A stretch of 64,000 bases of DNA, taken from the NCBI GenBank assembly GCA_039934355.1, contig JBDTMI010000004.1, positions 60,750-124,749 of the forward strand, given 5' to 3'. Made by a program: the position numbers and the translations under genes. The notes beneath the pieces are model-generated. The model saw nothing but the letters and a program-made list of their open reading frames with translations, was not told where the DNA came from and ran no database searches. Below, piece after piece: positions 28,583 to 38,296 of this stretch. The stretch comes from Gemmatimonadales bacterium (GTDB lineage: Bacteria > Gemmatimonadota > Gemmatimonadetes > Gemmatimonadales > GWC2-71-9). How positions within the stretch are numbered: position 1 is the first letter of the stretch; every line of letters begins with the position of its first letter.

Positions 28583-29479
28583 CTAGAGTCCGCGCCGCCC
28601 TTTCCACAGCCGCCGCAGCAGCCAGAGGGCTCCGAGGAGCAGCGCACCCAGCGGCACGAAGACGCCCGAGGACGCGATCGCGCCGGCGATGAAGTTGACG
28701 AAATTACGCCATGCCTGCCGGAAGGCCTCGCCGATCACACCGCCACTGCCAACCTCCCCAACCAGCGGGGCCTTTTCGTGGACCGTGATGCTGAGGGTGC
28801 TCATGGAGGCGTGGGCCTTGAGGTAGCGCAGGCGACCCTCCATCCGCTCGATCTCTTCCCGCACCCTGGCAAGTTCGCGCTCGATCTCCAGCACATCCGA
28901 CAGCTTGCCGGTCCGGGTTGCCAGCAGCTCGATCAGCCGCTGCTCCAGCCGCCTGGCATTGGCGACGCGGGCGGTGACATCGGTGAATTCCTCGCCCACA
29001 TCCTGCGCGCTGACGTTCACGAACTCCACCCGACCCAGCGGCGAGAGCCCGTTGACGAGGGCATCGAAGCGTTCGGAGGGCACCTTCAATTCAAGTGTAG
29101 CTGTGCGGATCTGTTCGGCGCCCAGCTGTGTCTGGCTATTGCTGATATAGCCGCCGAACTGCTGGGCGAGGCGCCGCACGGCGGTTATCGCCGGCTCCAG
29201 TGAGTCGATCTCGACACTCGCCTGCCCGGTACGAATGAGCATCGGGCCGGTGGTGGCGGGGTCGTGCGGGACATCGGGAAGGGGCGACTCTCCGGAGACG
29301 GCCTGATCGGCGGCCAGTTCCCTGCTCTCCATACCGCGCGCGACGGACATCGCGGGCGCCGGTGCGGAGGCCACCTCGTCCTTGGTGGCGTTCCCGAATG
29401 TGCTGGTCGGGGCGCCCTGGCCACAGGCGACCAGCAGGATGAGCGCGCCGAGTACGGCGTGGCGGAGATTGACCGACAT
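28583..29479 (-). CDS. DUF4349 domain-containing lipoprotein
   Basis: The ATG at 29479 gives MSVNLRHAVLGALILLVACGQ (lipobox LVAC). The central region LELKVPSERFDALVNGL...VSAQDVGEEFTDV...RLEQRLIELL and a C-terminal TM segment fit the DUF4349 pattern. Confidence 0.75.
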   Translation of the reverse strand: MSVNLRHAVLGALILLVACGQGAPTSTFGNATKDEVASAPAPAMSVARGMESRELAADQAVSGESPLPDVPHDPATTGPMLIRTGQASVEIDSLEPAITAVRRLAQQFGGYISNSQTQLGAEQIRTATLELKVPSERFDALVNGLSPLGRVEFVNVSAQDVGEEFTDVTARVANARRLEQRLIELLATRTGKLSDVLEIERELARVREEIERMEGRLRYLKAHASMSTLSITVHEKAPLVGEVGSGGVIGEAFRQAWRNFVNFIAGAIASSGVFVPLGALLLGALWLLRRLWKGRRGL

Positions 29480-29571
29480 GAGGTGGCTGTCCGGGTTGGG
29501 GGTGCGTGGGGATGCGCCGGTTGCGAGATGTTGCACATCGATCGTGAGGATTGCTCGGCGTCCTTACCGTC

Positions 29572-30810
29572 CTATTCGTGCCTCAACGCCTCCACCGGGT
29601 CCATCGCGGCGGCTCGATTCGCCGGGATCAGGCCAAACGTCAGGCCGATCAGGACGCTCACCAGCGTCGCGAGGACGGCGCTCCAGAGCGGGACACCCGA
29701 CTGGAGGCCCAGCACCACCTTGAGCAGTTGGCCTGCGCCGAGTCCCACCAGGATGCCGATCAGGCCCCCGATCAGGGTGAGGGTAGCGGCCTCCACCAGG
29801 AACTGCCAGAGGATTTCCCGATTGGTCGCGCCGAGCGCCTTGCGAAGCCCGATTTCGCGGGTGCGGTCCGTGACCGACACCATCATGATCGCCATGACGC
29901 CGATCCCCCCGACCAGCAGGGCGACGCTCGAGAGCGCCACCATCACGGCGAAGAACGCCGTGGTCAGGCTGCTGATGGTATCGAGGATCTGGTCCTGGGT
30001 GATGATGTCAAAGGTGTTGGGGAGGCCCGGCCGCAGGCGTCGCACCTTCCGCAACGCGGCGATGGTGAGGTCGGTGGCGACCGGAACCGGAATCTCAGGC
30101 CAGGCTTTGACAGAAAGGAACAGGCCGTTGGTCTCGTCGTAGCGGTAGTTGTACTTGGCGGTGCGAAAAGGAATGATGGCCCCGGTCTGCTGACCCGGTG
30201 GCTCGAAGATATTCTCGGGGCGCTGATAGATCCCGATCACGGTCAGGGCCACGCCACCGATCCGGATGCGCTTGCCCAGCGGATCGATCCGGCCGAACAA
30301 CCGTTCCGCCGACTCCTCCTCCACCACGGCGACCGGCTCCCCCGTCAGTTCGGAGACGGCGAAGAATCGCCCCCGGAGGAGGGTACCGCCCAGGATCTCC
30401 ATGTAGTGCTCGTCCGCGCCATAGACCGAGACGGTCTGCGTCGAGGCGTCCTGGTACTCCATCTTGACGAACAGCTGAACCCAGATTCCCGCGTACTGGA
30501 TCTCAGGCACCCGTCGGACGGCCGCGGCATCGCTTTCCTGAATCACGGGGCGGATCCGGACTTCGTACGGCAAGTTGTCCGGATTGAGCGGGGTCTGGGA
30601 AAAGAATCGCATGACATAGAACGCGGTGGGGCCGGCGGTGCTCATCGCGTTGAAGATCTGGGCCCGGATACCTTCGACGATCGACGCCATGGCCATCACG
30701 GTGGACACGCCGATGACGACACCCAGGATGGTGAGCGCGGAGCGGAGTTTGTTGGCCCGCAGGGAGTCCAGCGCGATCGCGACGCCTTCGTCGATATTGC
30801 GGAGGATCAT
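29572..30810 (-). CDS. ABC transporter permease, MacB/FtsX family (type B paralogue, copy 2)
   Basis: 412 aa. N-terminal TM (ALDSLRANKLRSALTILGVVIGV), large periplasmic domain, C-terminal FtsX 3-TM module with ERTREIGLRKALGA and DPVEALRHE. Confidence 0.9.
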   Translation of the reverse strand: MILRNIDEGVAIALDSLRANKLRSALTILGVVIGVSTVMAMASIVEGIRAQIFNAMSTAGPTAFYVMRFFSQTPLNPDNLPYEVRIRPVIQESDAAAVRRVPEIQYAGIWVQLFVKMEYQDASTQTVSVYGADEHYMEILGGTLLRGRFFAVSELTGEPVAVVEEESAERLFGRIDPLGKRIRIGGVALTVIGIYQRPENIFEPPGQQTGAIIPFRTAKYNYRYDETNGLFLSVKAWPEIPVPVATDLTIAALRKVRRLRPGLPNTFDIITQDQILDTISSLTTAFFAVMVALSSVALLVGGIGVMAIMMVSVTDRTREIGLRKALGATNREILWQFLVEAATLTLIGGLIGILVGLGAGQLLKVVLGLQSGVPLWSAVLATLVSVLIGLTFGLIPANRAAAMDPVEALRHE

Positions 30811-32051
30811 TCTGCCCTGAGCGCGGTGATCGGGTCCAGACGGGCGGCCCGGGTCGCGGGATAGACGCCAAAGAGGATGCCGGTCCCCGCCCCCAGCGCG
30901 AGCGCCAGCCCAATGGACCAGGAAGTGACCCGGGCGGGCAACGGGGTGAATTCAGCCACTGCCGCGCTCAGCAGCCAGCCCCCGGCGACACCGGCGATCC
31001 CCCCGAGCGTTGACAGCACGATGGCCTCGACCAGGAACTGGCGACGGATGTCGCGCCGGGTGGCGCCGAGGGATTTGCGGATGCCGATTTCGCGGGTCCG
31101 CTCATTCACCGACATCAGCATGATGTTCATGATCACAATCCCGCCCACGACGATGCCGATGCACACCACGGCGGGGACCACCGTGAACAGGACCTTGGTC
31201 AGGCTCTGCCAGAACGCCACCAGGGCATCGGCCTTGTCCACCGAGAAGTCGTTGTCTTCGTCGGGCCGGAGCCGATGGGCCAGGCGCATCGCTTCTTCCG
31301 CCCGATTCATCGCCGCGGTGAGGTCCGCGCCATCGGGCATTTTCACCGATACCGTGGTGGTCTTCCGCCGGCCGTAGAGCATCTCGAATGTCGTGATGGG
31401 GATCAACGCGAATCCGTCAAACGACTGGCCCAGGACCCGTCCTTTCTTGGCCGTGACGGCCTTGATGCTCATTTCCCGCCCGGCGATCCGGATATTCCGC
31501 CCGATGGCCTGCTCCGGGCTGCCGAAAAGCTTGTCGGCGACATCGAAGCCCACCACGGCGACCAGCCGGCGTTCCCGGATGTCGGGGTCCGTGAGCGGCG
31601 TGCCCGCCGCGAAGCGGTAGTCCTGGACCGTCTGATAGGGCGGGGTGACACCGAAGATGAGCACATCGCCGACGGTGCGGTTCCGAAAGGAAATATCGCT
31701 CGTCGGAGTGGGCCAACCGGACTGAATCGAGACCGCCCTCGCGTCGGGAATCGCCCGCTGCACCGCCTCGGCGTCCAGCCGGGAGATCCGGGGCCGCTTG
31801 GCAATCTGTCGGACTTCATCGTTGCTCAGCAGCCCGATCGCAATCGGGGTCCGGCGCACCTGGAAGGCGCTGGTGCCGATGACGGCCCCAGTGACATTCT
31901 CCTTCACATAGGCGTTCATCCCCTGAATCACGGCGACCACAGTGACAAGGAATCCAACCGACACAATGATGCCGAGGAGAGTGAAGAACGAACGGAGCTT
32001 GGCGGTGAGGATCGACTGGACGGCGAGGCGGAACGCTTCGGCGACAGGCAT
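30807..32051 (-). CDS. ABC transporter permease, MacB/FtsX family (type A paralogue, copy 2)
   Basis: 414 aa. MPVAEAFRLAVQSILTAKLRSFFTLLGI, ERTREIGIRKSLGA, DPITALRAE. 4-nt overlap with the downstream permease. Confidence 0.9.
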   Translation of the reverse strand: MPVAEAFRLAVQSILTAKLRSFFTLLGIIVSVGFLVTVVAVIQGMNAYVKENVTGAVIGTSAFQVRRTPIAIGLLSNDEVRQIAKRPRISRLDAEAVQRAIPDARAVSIQSGWPTPTSDISFRNRTVGDVLIFGVTPPYQTVQDYRFAAGTPLTDPDIRERRLVAVVGFDVADKLFGSPEQAIGRNIRIAGREMSIKAVTAKKGRVLGQSFDGFALIPITTFEMLYGRRKTTTVSVKMPDGADLTAAMNRAEEAMRLAHRLRPDEDNDFSVDKADALVAFWQSLTKVLFTVVPAVVCIGIVVGGIVIMNIMLMSVNERTREIGIRKSLGATRRDIRRQFLVEAIVLSTLGGIAGVAGGWLLSAAVAEFTPLPARVTSWSIGLALALGAGTGILFGVYPATRAARLDPITALRAE

Positions 32052-32095
32052 GGGGGAAAGATAGCTGGAACGGAGTGGACGGTAGAAAGGGGAGC

Positions 32096-32173
32096 GACGG
32101 CAGGGGCGGTAGGGACGGTAGAGGAACGATACCGTCCTTACCGTCTATTAGCGTCCCTGCCGCCCTTGCCGTC
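32096..32173. repeat. Long imperfect palindrome built from GACGG(T/C)A(G/A)GG units, between permease pairs
   Basis: Positions 32096-32117 pair with 32152-32173 (22 positions: 20 Watson-Crick plus 2 G-T). A further copy of the unit lies just upstream of the left arm and two more, in reverse orientation, lie inside the 34-nt loop. The right arm includes the stop codon of the 32173..33414 gene. Confidence 0.7.
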
Positions 32174-33414
32174 TACTCGTACCGCAACGCCTCCACCGGA
32201 TCCAGCTTGCTCGCTTTGTTCGCCGGATAGAGCCCGAAGCAGATGCCGGTGATTGTCGATGCGACAACCGCGACCATGACGGACCAGAGCGGAACCTGGG
32301 CGGGAATCGGGGTGAACTTGTTGATCCCCACGGCGATCAGGCCGCCCAGGATCATGCCCGCCAGGCCGCCCACCAGCGTGAGCGTCGCCGCTTCGATCAG
32401 GAACTGGAACATGATTTCGCGGCGGGTGGCGCCCAGCGCCTTGCGGACCCCGATCTCGCGGGTGCGCTCGGTGACGGAGATCATCATGATCGCCACCACT
32501 CCGACGCCGCCCACCATCAACCCGACACTGGAGAGGGCCAGCATCACCACGAAGAAGCCGCTGGTCACGCTGTTGAAGCTCTCCAGCAGCTTGTCCTGGC
32601 TCACCAGCGAGAAGTTGTTGTCCTGCGACGGCTTCAGCCCGCGGTAAGCCCGCAGGGCCGCAGTTACCCGGTCCTGCGCCTCGGCCACGGTGAGCTCCGG
32701 TTCCGGGATGACCGCGAACATCATCCACCCCTTCCAGTAGTCCACTACCTTCGTGAACGTGGAATGAGGCATGACCATCATCGGCGACTCCGAATCACCG
32801 AAGAGGCTCTTGGGCTCGCTGTAGAGGCCGACGACCTGGAAGGGTTCGCCGGCGACCTTGATCCGCTTGCCGATCGGATCGAGGCCGGGATAGAGCTGCT
32901 CCGCCAGCCGATCGTTGATGACCACGACCCGGGAGTTCGCGGCGAACTCCAGCTGGGTGTAGTTCCGTCCCGCCACGATCGTACCCCCCTGCGTCAGGAT
33001 CCAGTCCGGGCTGAACCCCTGAATGTCCACCGAACTCAGGTTGACGTCACCGGCGCTCACTGGCCCGTTCGCGTTCTCCCGCCAGGTGACGCTCCGGAGG
33101 CCAGACACCTGCTGCAGCATCTTCGCTTCCGCAACATTGAGATGCGGATTGCGCCGCCACGGCGACATCTCGTCGGAGCCGTCGCTGATATGGAGCCCAC
33201 CCTGGAAATACCGGAAGACGAAGAAGGTCTTGGGGCCGAGCGTTTCGATCTGGGCCGTGACGCTGCGGTTGACTCCGGTGATCGCGGCGGCCATGGCGAT
33301 CACGACCATCACTCCGATCGCGACGCCCAGAATGGTCAGCGCGGCGCGGACTTTGTTGCCCCGGAGCGAATCCAAGGCGATGCCAACACCTTCGAAGACG
33401 CGGCCAATGGACAT
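32173..33414 (-). CDS. ABC transporter permease, MacB/FtsX family (type B paralogue, copy 1)
   Basis: 413 aa. GIALDSLRGNKVRAALTILGVAIGV, ERTREIGVRKALGA, DPVEALRYE. Confidence 0.9.
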   Translation of the reverse strand: MSIGRVFEGVGIALDSLRGNKVRAALTILGVAIGVMVVIAMAAAITGVNRSVTAQIETLGPKTFFVFRYFQGGLHISDGSDEMSPWRRNPHLNVAEAKMLQQVSGLRSVTWRENANGPVSAGDVNLSSVDIQGFSPDWILTQGGTIVAGRNYTQLEFAANSRVVVINDRLAEQLYPGLDPIGKRIKVAGEPFQVVGLYSEPKSLFGDSESPMMVMPHSTFTKVVDYWKGWMMFAVIPEPELTVAEAQDRVTAALRAYRGLKPSQDNNFSLVSQDKLLESFNSVTSGFFVVMLALSSVGLMVGGVGVVAIMMISVTERTREIGVRKALGATRREIMFQFLIEAATLTLVGGLAGMILGGLIAVGINKFTPIPAQVPLWSVMVAVVASTITGICFGLYPANKASKLDPVEALRYE

Positions 33415-33420
33415 GGGGAC

Positions 33421-34662
33421 CTACTCCGCCCGGAGGGCAGTGATCGGGTCGAGCTGGGCAGCCCGGCTCGCGGGATAAACGCCAGCAACCATGCCCACCA
33501 GCATGCCCACGCCGACCCCGACCCCAATCGACCAGGGCGCGACCGCGGCGGGAAGCGGGGTAAACGCGCGGACCAGGTAGGCCAGCCCGATGCCGGTCGC
33601 CACGCCGAACATCGCGCCGACCGTGGACAGCGTGGCACTCTCGATGACGAATTGGGCCAGGATATCGCGCCGCTTGGCGCCGAGCGCCTTGCGGATGCCG
33701 ATCTCGCGGGTACGCTCCGCCACGGCCATCAGCATGATGTTCATGATGACGATGCCGCCAACCACCAGCGAGACGGCGACCAGCAACGGCAGGGCGGTGA
33801 TCAGGACCTTCGAGATCTTCTTCCAGCCTTCCAGCGCGCCCGAGGCGTTCTGCAGGTCGAAATTATTCTCCTGCTCCGGCCGGAGCCCCCGGCGGGTTCG
33901 CATCAGCGCCTCGGTTTCGCCCATTGCGGCCAGCATCAGCGTCGGGTTGGCCGCCTTGATCTCCAGTTCGTCCAGGACATTCAACGGGCAGATGTAGCGA
34001 CGGGCCGGCGCCCGGAACGGCATCACCGCGAACTTGTCGAGCGAAATGCCGAACAGCGTGCCCCGCTTGGCCGCGACCCCGATCACGCGATAGGGCAGGC
34101 CCGCGATCATGACGACCTTTCCGAGCGGGTCCTGCCCTTCAAACAGCTTCTCGCCGATCTCGCTGCCCACGACCAGCACCGGCACGCCGGCCCGCACTTC
34201 CTGCGGGGTGAAGATCCGGCCGCTGGCAATGTCGACGTTCTTGATCTCGAAATAGCTGGGCTCCGTGCCCATCAACTCGATGTCCTTCGCCTGCTTGCCG
34301 TTGTACATCAGCGTCATGCGGTCGGAGCAGTACTTGGCCGTCACCGCCGGCGTCTGCAGCCGTTCGGTGATGTAATCGGCATCGGCGTAGCTGATGCGCG
34401 GGCGGCGCTGCCAGGCACGCCAGGTCTCCTCGGTGGTGTTGCCGGTGTTGATCCCCGGCTGGCGCCGGAGCGTGAAGGTGTTCAGGCCGATCAGCCGGTT
34501 GGCGAACTGATCCTCCATGTACACGTTCATGCCCTGGACAATCGAGACCACCGCGATCAGAAACGTCACCCCGATCAGCACGCCGATCAGGGAGAAGAAG
34601 CTCTTGAGTTTCTGGGACACGATGGTGCGGAGCGCCATCCGCACCGCCTCAAAGACTGGCAT
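33421..34662 (-). CDS. ABC transporter permease, MacB/FtsX family (type A paralogue, copy 1)
   Basis: The ATG at 34662 (MPVFEAVRMALRTIVSQKLKSFFSLIGV) gives 413 aa. ERTREIGIRKALGA, DPITALRAE. Starts 1 nt after the ATPase stop. Confidence 0.9.
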   Translation of the reverse strand: MPVFEAVRMALRTIVSQKLKSFFSLIGVLIGVTFLIAVVSIVQGMNVYMEDQFANRLIGLNTFTLRRQPGINTGNTTEETWRAWQRRPRISYADADYITERLQTPAVTAKYCSDRMTLMYNGKQAKDIELMGTEPSYFEIKNVDIASGRIFTPQEVRAGVPVLVVGSEIGEKLFEGQDPLGKVVMIAGLPYRVIGVAAKRGTLFGISLDKFAVMPFRAPARRYICPLNVLDELEIKAANPTLMLAAMGETEALMRTRRGLRPEQENNFDLQNASGALEGWKKISKVLITALPLLVAVSLVVGGIVIMNIMLMAVAERTREIGIRKALGAKRRDILAQFVIESATLSTVGAMFGVATGIGLAYLVRAFTPLPAAVAPWSIGVGVGVGMLVGMVAGVYPASRAAQLDPITALRAE

Positions 34663-34663
34663 C

Positions 34664-35365
34664 TTATGCCGCCACCCGGGTGTTGGGGGTATCGCTGTGG
34701 AGCAGGCCGTCCCGCAGGACAACGACCCGCTCGGCGTGTTCCGCGATGCTCGGTTCGTGGGTCACCACGATGATCGTCTGGCCTTCGGCGTGCAACTCGG
34801 CGAACACCTTCATGATCTCCTCGCTGGTCGTGCTGTCGAGGTTGCCGGTCGGCTCGTCGGCCAGGAGGATCGAGGGCTCGTTGACCAGCGCCCGGGCGAT
34901 CGCGACCCGCTGCCGCTGGCCGCCGGACAGCTCGTTCGGCTTGTGGGTCATACGGTGTTCCAGCCCCACTCGTGTCAACGCCTTGACCGCCCGCTCCCGC
35001 CGCTCCCGGGACGACACCCCGGCGTAGACCAGTGGCAGTTCCACATTGTGCAGTGCCGTCGCCCGCGGCAGCAGGTTGAAGGTCTGGAACACGAAGCCGA
35101 TCTCCTTGTTCCGCACCCGAGCGAGCGCATCGTCCGACAGCCGGGAGACCTCCTGGCCGTTGAGCCAGTAGCTCCCCCCGCTTGGCGTATCGAGGCAACC
35201 GATCAGGTTCATGAAGGTGGACTTGCCCGAGCCGCTCGGCCCCATGATCGCCACGTACTCGTTGCGGCGGATGGTCAGCGTGAGTCCCCGCAGCGCCAGG
35301 ACCCGTTCCGCGCCCATCACGTATTCGCGCGCGAGCGTCTCCACGTGGATGATGCGGTCGCTCAT
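34664..35365 (-). CDS. ABC transporter ATP-binding protein (MacB/LolD-type stand-alone NBD)
   Basis: 233 aa. Walker [11 protein letters not shown]-loop, signature [15 protein letters not shown], Walker [13 protein letters not shown]. Confidence 0.95.
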   Translation of the reverse strand: MSDRIIHVETLAREYVMGAERVLALRGLTLTIRRNEYVAIMGPSGSGKSTFMNLIGCLDTPSGGSYWLNGQEVSRLSDDALARVRNKEIGFVFQTFNLLPRATALHNVELPLVYAGVSSRERRERAVKALTRVGLEHRMTHKPNELSGGQRQRVAIARALVNEPSILLADEPTGNLDSTTSEEIMKVFAELHAEGQTIIVVTHEPSIAEHAERVVVLRDGLLHSDTPNTRVAA

Positions 35366-36636
35366 GGCTTCTTGCCCTTGGCCGAATCACTCACGGCGGC
35401 CTTCACCTTGGTGCTGTCCTTCAGGTCGCGGATGGCCTGGTAGGTGCCGGCGACGATCGTCTCGCCCGCCTTGACCCCCTCGAGGACCTCGAAATACTCG
35501 TCCCCCGCGATGCCGACCTTCACCGGACGGAACCTGGCGATCCCGCCGGTCACCACGAACACGCCTTCGGCTTCCTTCTTCTTGCGCGAGGCACTGTCTC
35601 CCGGCACGGCCGGCACGGCTTCGTTGGGCAGCTTCTGGTGGTCGCGCACCGTGAGCGCGATGATCGGTACTGCCAGCGTTCCGCGCCGCACGTCCGTCAC
35701 GATGCGGGCGGTGGCGGAGAGATCCGGCCGGATATCCTTCGGCGGATTCGTCAGCGTGATCTCCACGTCGAAGTCCACCGCCCGGTCGCTGGAACCCGAG
35801 GCCGTCGAGGTGGAGGTGAGCTGAGCGCTGTTGGCGATCTTGGTGACCGTGCCGACGAAGGTCGAGTCGGGAAAGGCGTCGATCGAGACCTCGACCGAGT
35901 CGCCCTGGGCCAGCCGCACCACATCGGTCTCATCCACCTGCACCTTGGCGAGGATCACCGAGAGGTCCGCAATCGTCATGAGCAGGCCGACGTCGCGCGA
36001 GAAGGTGCCGGGCACCGCGACTTCCCCCTCCTCCACCGACAGCCGGGTGATGCGCCCCGAGATCGGCGCCACGATCCGGGTCTTGCGGAGGTTGTCCTCT
36101 GACTCCTGGAGGCTGGCGCGCGCCTGATCGACCGAGGCCTGACTGGCGTTCAGGTTCGCCTCCGCCACGGCATAGCCCGTCACCGCCTGCTCCACCGATT
36201 CCGTGGTGATCAGGCTGGTGTTGGTCTTCTGCAGCTCGAGCGCCCGGTCGCGGGCCCGGCGGGCCTGGTCGAGGTTCGCCCGGGCCCGGAGCAGATCGCT
36301 CTGCGAGGAGGCCAGGAAGGCCTGCGACCGGCTGACCGCCGCCTGGTAGATCGCGGCGTCGATCTGGATGAGGAAGTCGCCCTTGTGGACGTAGTCGCCT
36401 TCCTTGACGCCGAGCTTGGTGATCCGGCCCTGGATGTCGGACAGGACGTCGACCTTCGTGTCCGGTTCGATCTTGCCGCTGGCCGTCACCACCGCCACGA
36501 GATCGCGGGTGCCGACCTGTTCGAGCCGGACCTCGACCGCCTTGTTCTTGCTCTTGGCCGCACCGAGCGCGGCAATGCCGCCCACCACGACCACCAGCAG
36601 CCCGGCGATCAATCCCAGCTTCATACGACGCGACAT
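35362..36636 (-). CDS. Efflux transporter periplasmic adaptor subunit (HlyD/MacA membrane fusion protein family)
   Basis: 424 aa. N-terminal TM anchor, lipoyl/barrel-sandwich segments flanking a long coiled-coil ([11 protein letters not shown]...[17 protein letters not shown]). 4-nt overlap with the ATPase gene. Confidence 0.9.
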   Translation of the reverse strand: MSRRMKLGLIAGLLVVVVGGIAALGAAKSKNKAVEVRLEQVGTRDLVAVVTASGKIEPDTKVDVLSDIQGRITKLGVKEGDYVHKGDFLIQIDAAIYQAAVSRSQAFLASSQSDLLRARANLDQARRARDRALELQKTNTSLITTESVEQAVTGYAVAEANLNASQASVDQARASLQESEDNLRKTRIVAPISGRITRLSVEEGEVAVPGTFSRDVGLLMTIADLSVILAKVQVDETDVVRLAQGDSVEVSIDAFPDSTFVGTVTKIANSAQLTSTSTASGSSDRAVDFDVEITLTNPPKDIRPDLSATARIVTDVRRGTLAVPIIALTVRDHQKLPNEAVPAVPGDSASRKKKEAEGVFVVTGGIARFRPVKVGIAGDEYFEVLEGVKAGETIVAGTYQAIRDLKDSTKVKAAVSDSAKGKKP

Positions 36637-36654
36637 GGTCTCTTCCTCTGTTGG

Positions 36655-38178
36655 CTATTGACGGAGCGGGCGACCGACAGCTGCTTCGAGCGCGGCGAGA
36701 GTCTTGTGGTAATCGTAGATCGCGTTCACATAGTCGCCCTCGGCGCGCTGCACCGAGTTCTGGGCGTCGGACACCTCCAGTGCGGTGCCGCTGCCCAGCC
36801 GATACCGGTCCTGCGCCAGGCGGAGCTGGTCGCGGGCCGCGTCGCGGCTCTGCGCCTGCACTGCGATGGCCCGGAAGGCGGTGTTGAGCCCGAGGTAGCG
36901 CCCGTGCACGTCGCTCTCGACTTGCAGCGCCTGGGCCCGCACACCCTCGTCCGCATCACGGGCCTGCTCGCGGGCCTGCTGCAGCCGGAGTGACCGACCG
37001 AAGCCGGTGAACAGCGGCAGGGAGATTGTCAGGCTGGCGCCGAAAGGCTGCTTGGTGAAGTCGAACGGGAAGGCATTGTTGCTGTTCGTGATCGCGCGCC
37101 GCGCCTGGGGCGTGAGCGCCGTGCCCGTCCCATTGAGCCCCGCCGCGGTGAAGCAGGAGGCCGGTCCACTGAGCGTATGGCCGGGAATGCCGGCCTGTAG
37201 CGTGTCCTGGAAATTGCAGCTTGCCGCGGAGCCGACCGCGCCAGCCAGTCCCTGGCTGAGCAGCAGGCTGCCGTCAGTCGCCTGCTGCGTGAAACCGCTC
37301 CAGCCCGCCCGCATCGAGAGACTGGGGAGGAAGGCGGTCTTCGCCGAGGTCACGCCGACATCGGCCTGGTGCCGCCGGGCTTCCAGCGCACGGATGGCGG
37401 GGTTCTGGTCCTTCGCCTGGGTCAGCAGCGTGGAGAGGTCGTACCGTGGTTCCTGCACCGGGAACGAATCGCTCAGCGCAATTTGTTCGAGCGCGACCGG
37501 CGGCGTAATCCCGATCCGCCGGAACAGCTCCAGCTTCGCTTCGGCCTCGGTCTGGACCGCGCGCAGCAGCGCCACGTCGGATTGGGCCTTCAGCACTTCG
37601 GCCTGCCGCACCTCAATCAGTGTGCCCTGGCCGACCCGATACTTCGCGCTGGCGAGATCCAGGAAATTCTGGTTCCGTTCCACCTGCTGCCCCGCCACGG
37701 CCACCTGCGCCGTCGCCTGGAGCACGCTCAGATATTGGGTCGTCACGCTGAAGCGGAGGCCGCTCTCCTCGTTCGCGATGTCCTCATCAACCGCGCGCTG
37801 GTTGGCCTTCTGTTCCCGCGGGGCCACGAGGCGCCCACCATCGATCTGCCACGAGAGTCCCGCGCTGTAATTGGAGCCCACCACCGCGGAAGTCTGGCGG
37901 ATGAAGCCCGATCCGAAGTTGGCCGACCCGGCGCCGGTGTAATCCGCACCGGCGGAGACCGAGGCACCCGGCAGCAGCTGACCGTACGCGTTCCGCACCT
38001 GCATCCGGGCGGTCGCGGTGTTGTTCAGCCGTTGCTGATACAATGGATTGTGATTGTGGGCCTGCTGCAGCGCCTCGCTCAGGCTGAGCGTGGCAGCGGT
38101 CGGTACTTCCACCGGTGCCTGTGCCCTGATAGATGCCGGCACAAGCAGGACGGAGACGATGAGCCAGCAGCGTCGCAT
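36655..38178 (-). CDS. TolC family outer membrane efflux protein
   Basis: The ATG at 38178 gives signal peptide MRRCWLIVSVLLVPASIRAQ. Two-repeat OEP architecture with a typical LSLSEALQQA start and a C-terminal YHKTLAALEAAVG end. Confidence 0.9.
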   Translation of the reverse strand: MRRCWLIVSVLLVPASIRAQAPVEVPTAATLSLSEALQQAHNHNPLYQQRLNNTATARMQVRNAYGQLLPGASVSAGADYTGAGSANFGSGFIRQTSAVVGSNYSAGLSWQIDGGRLVAPREQKANQRAVDEDIANEESGLRFSVTTQYLSVLQATAQVAVAGQQVERNQNFLDLASAKYRVGQGTLIEVRQAEVLKAQSDVALLRAVQTEAEAKLELFRRIGITPPVALEQIALSDSFPVQEPRYDLSTLLTQAKDQNPAIRALEARRHQADVGVTSAKTAFLPSLSMRAGWSGFTQQATDGSLLLSQGLAGAVGSAASCNFQDTLQAGIPGHTLSGPASCFTAAGLNGTGTALTPQARRAITNSNNAFPFDFTKQPFGASLTISLPLFTGFGRSLRLQQAREQARDADEGVRAQALQVESDVHGRYLGLNTAFRAIAVQAQSRDAARDQLRLAQDRYRLGSGTALEVSDAQNSVQRAEGDYVNAIYDYHKTLAALEAAVGRPLRQ

Positions 38179-38296
38179 CGAACGATCCTGTGGTTGAATA
38201 AGGGAGTACGGCCGAAGTCGCATACGGAGAGGGGTTCCAACGAGTTTCAGGATGGGACGGGTGATGAAGCAGGGCCGGCGTGCCGGCCAGCCGAAA

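Noticed and set aside
26832-34773. Long plus-strand ORFs (26832..28586, 29551..30864, 31275..32252, 32764..34773) opposite the desulfurase, bshB1 and permease genes
   Set aside because: All are antisense to confidently assigned minus-strand genes and have Arg/Asp/Gly/His-rich low-complexity translations. I treat them as shadow ORFs.
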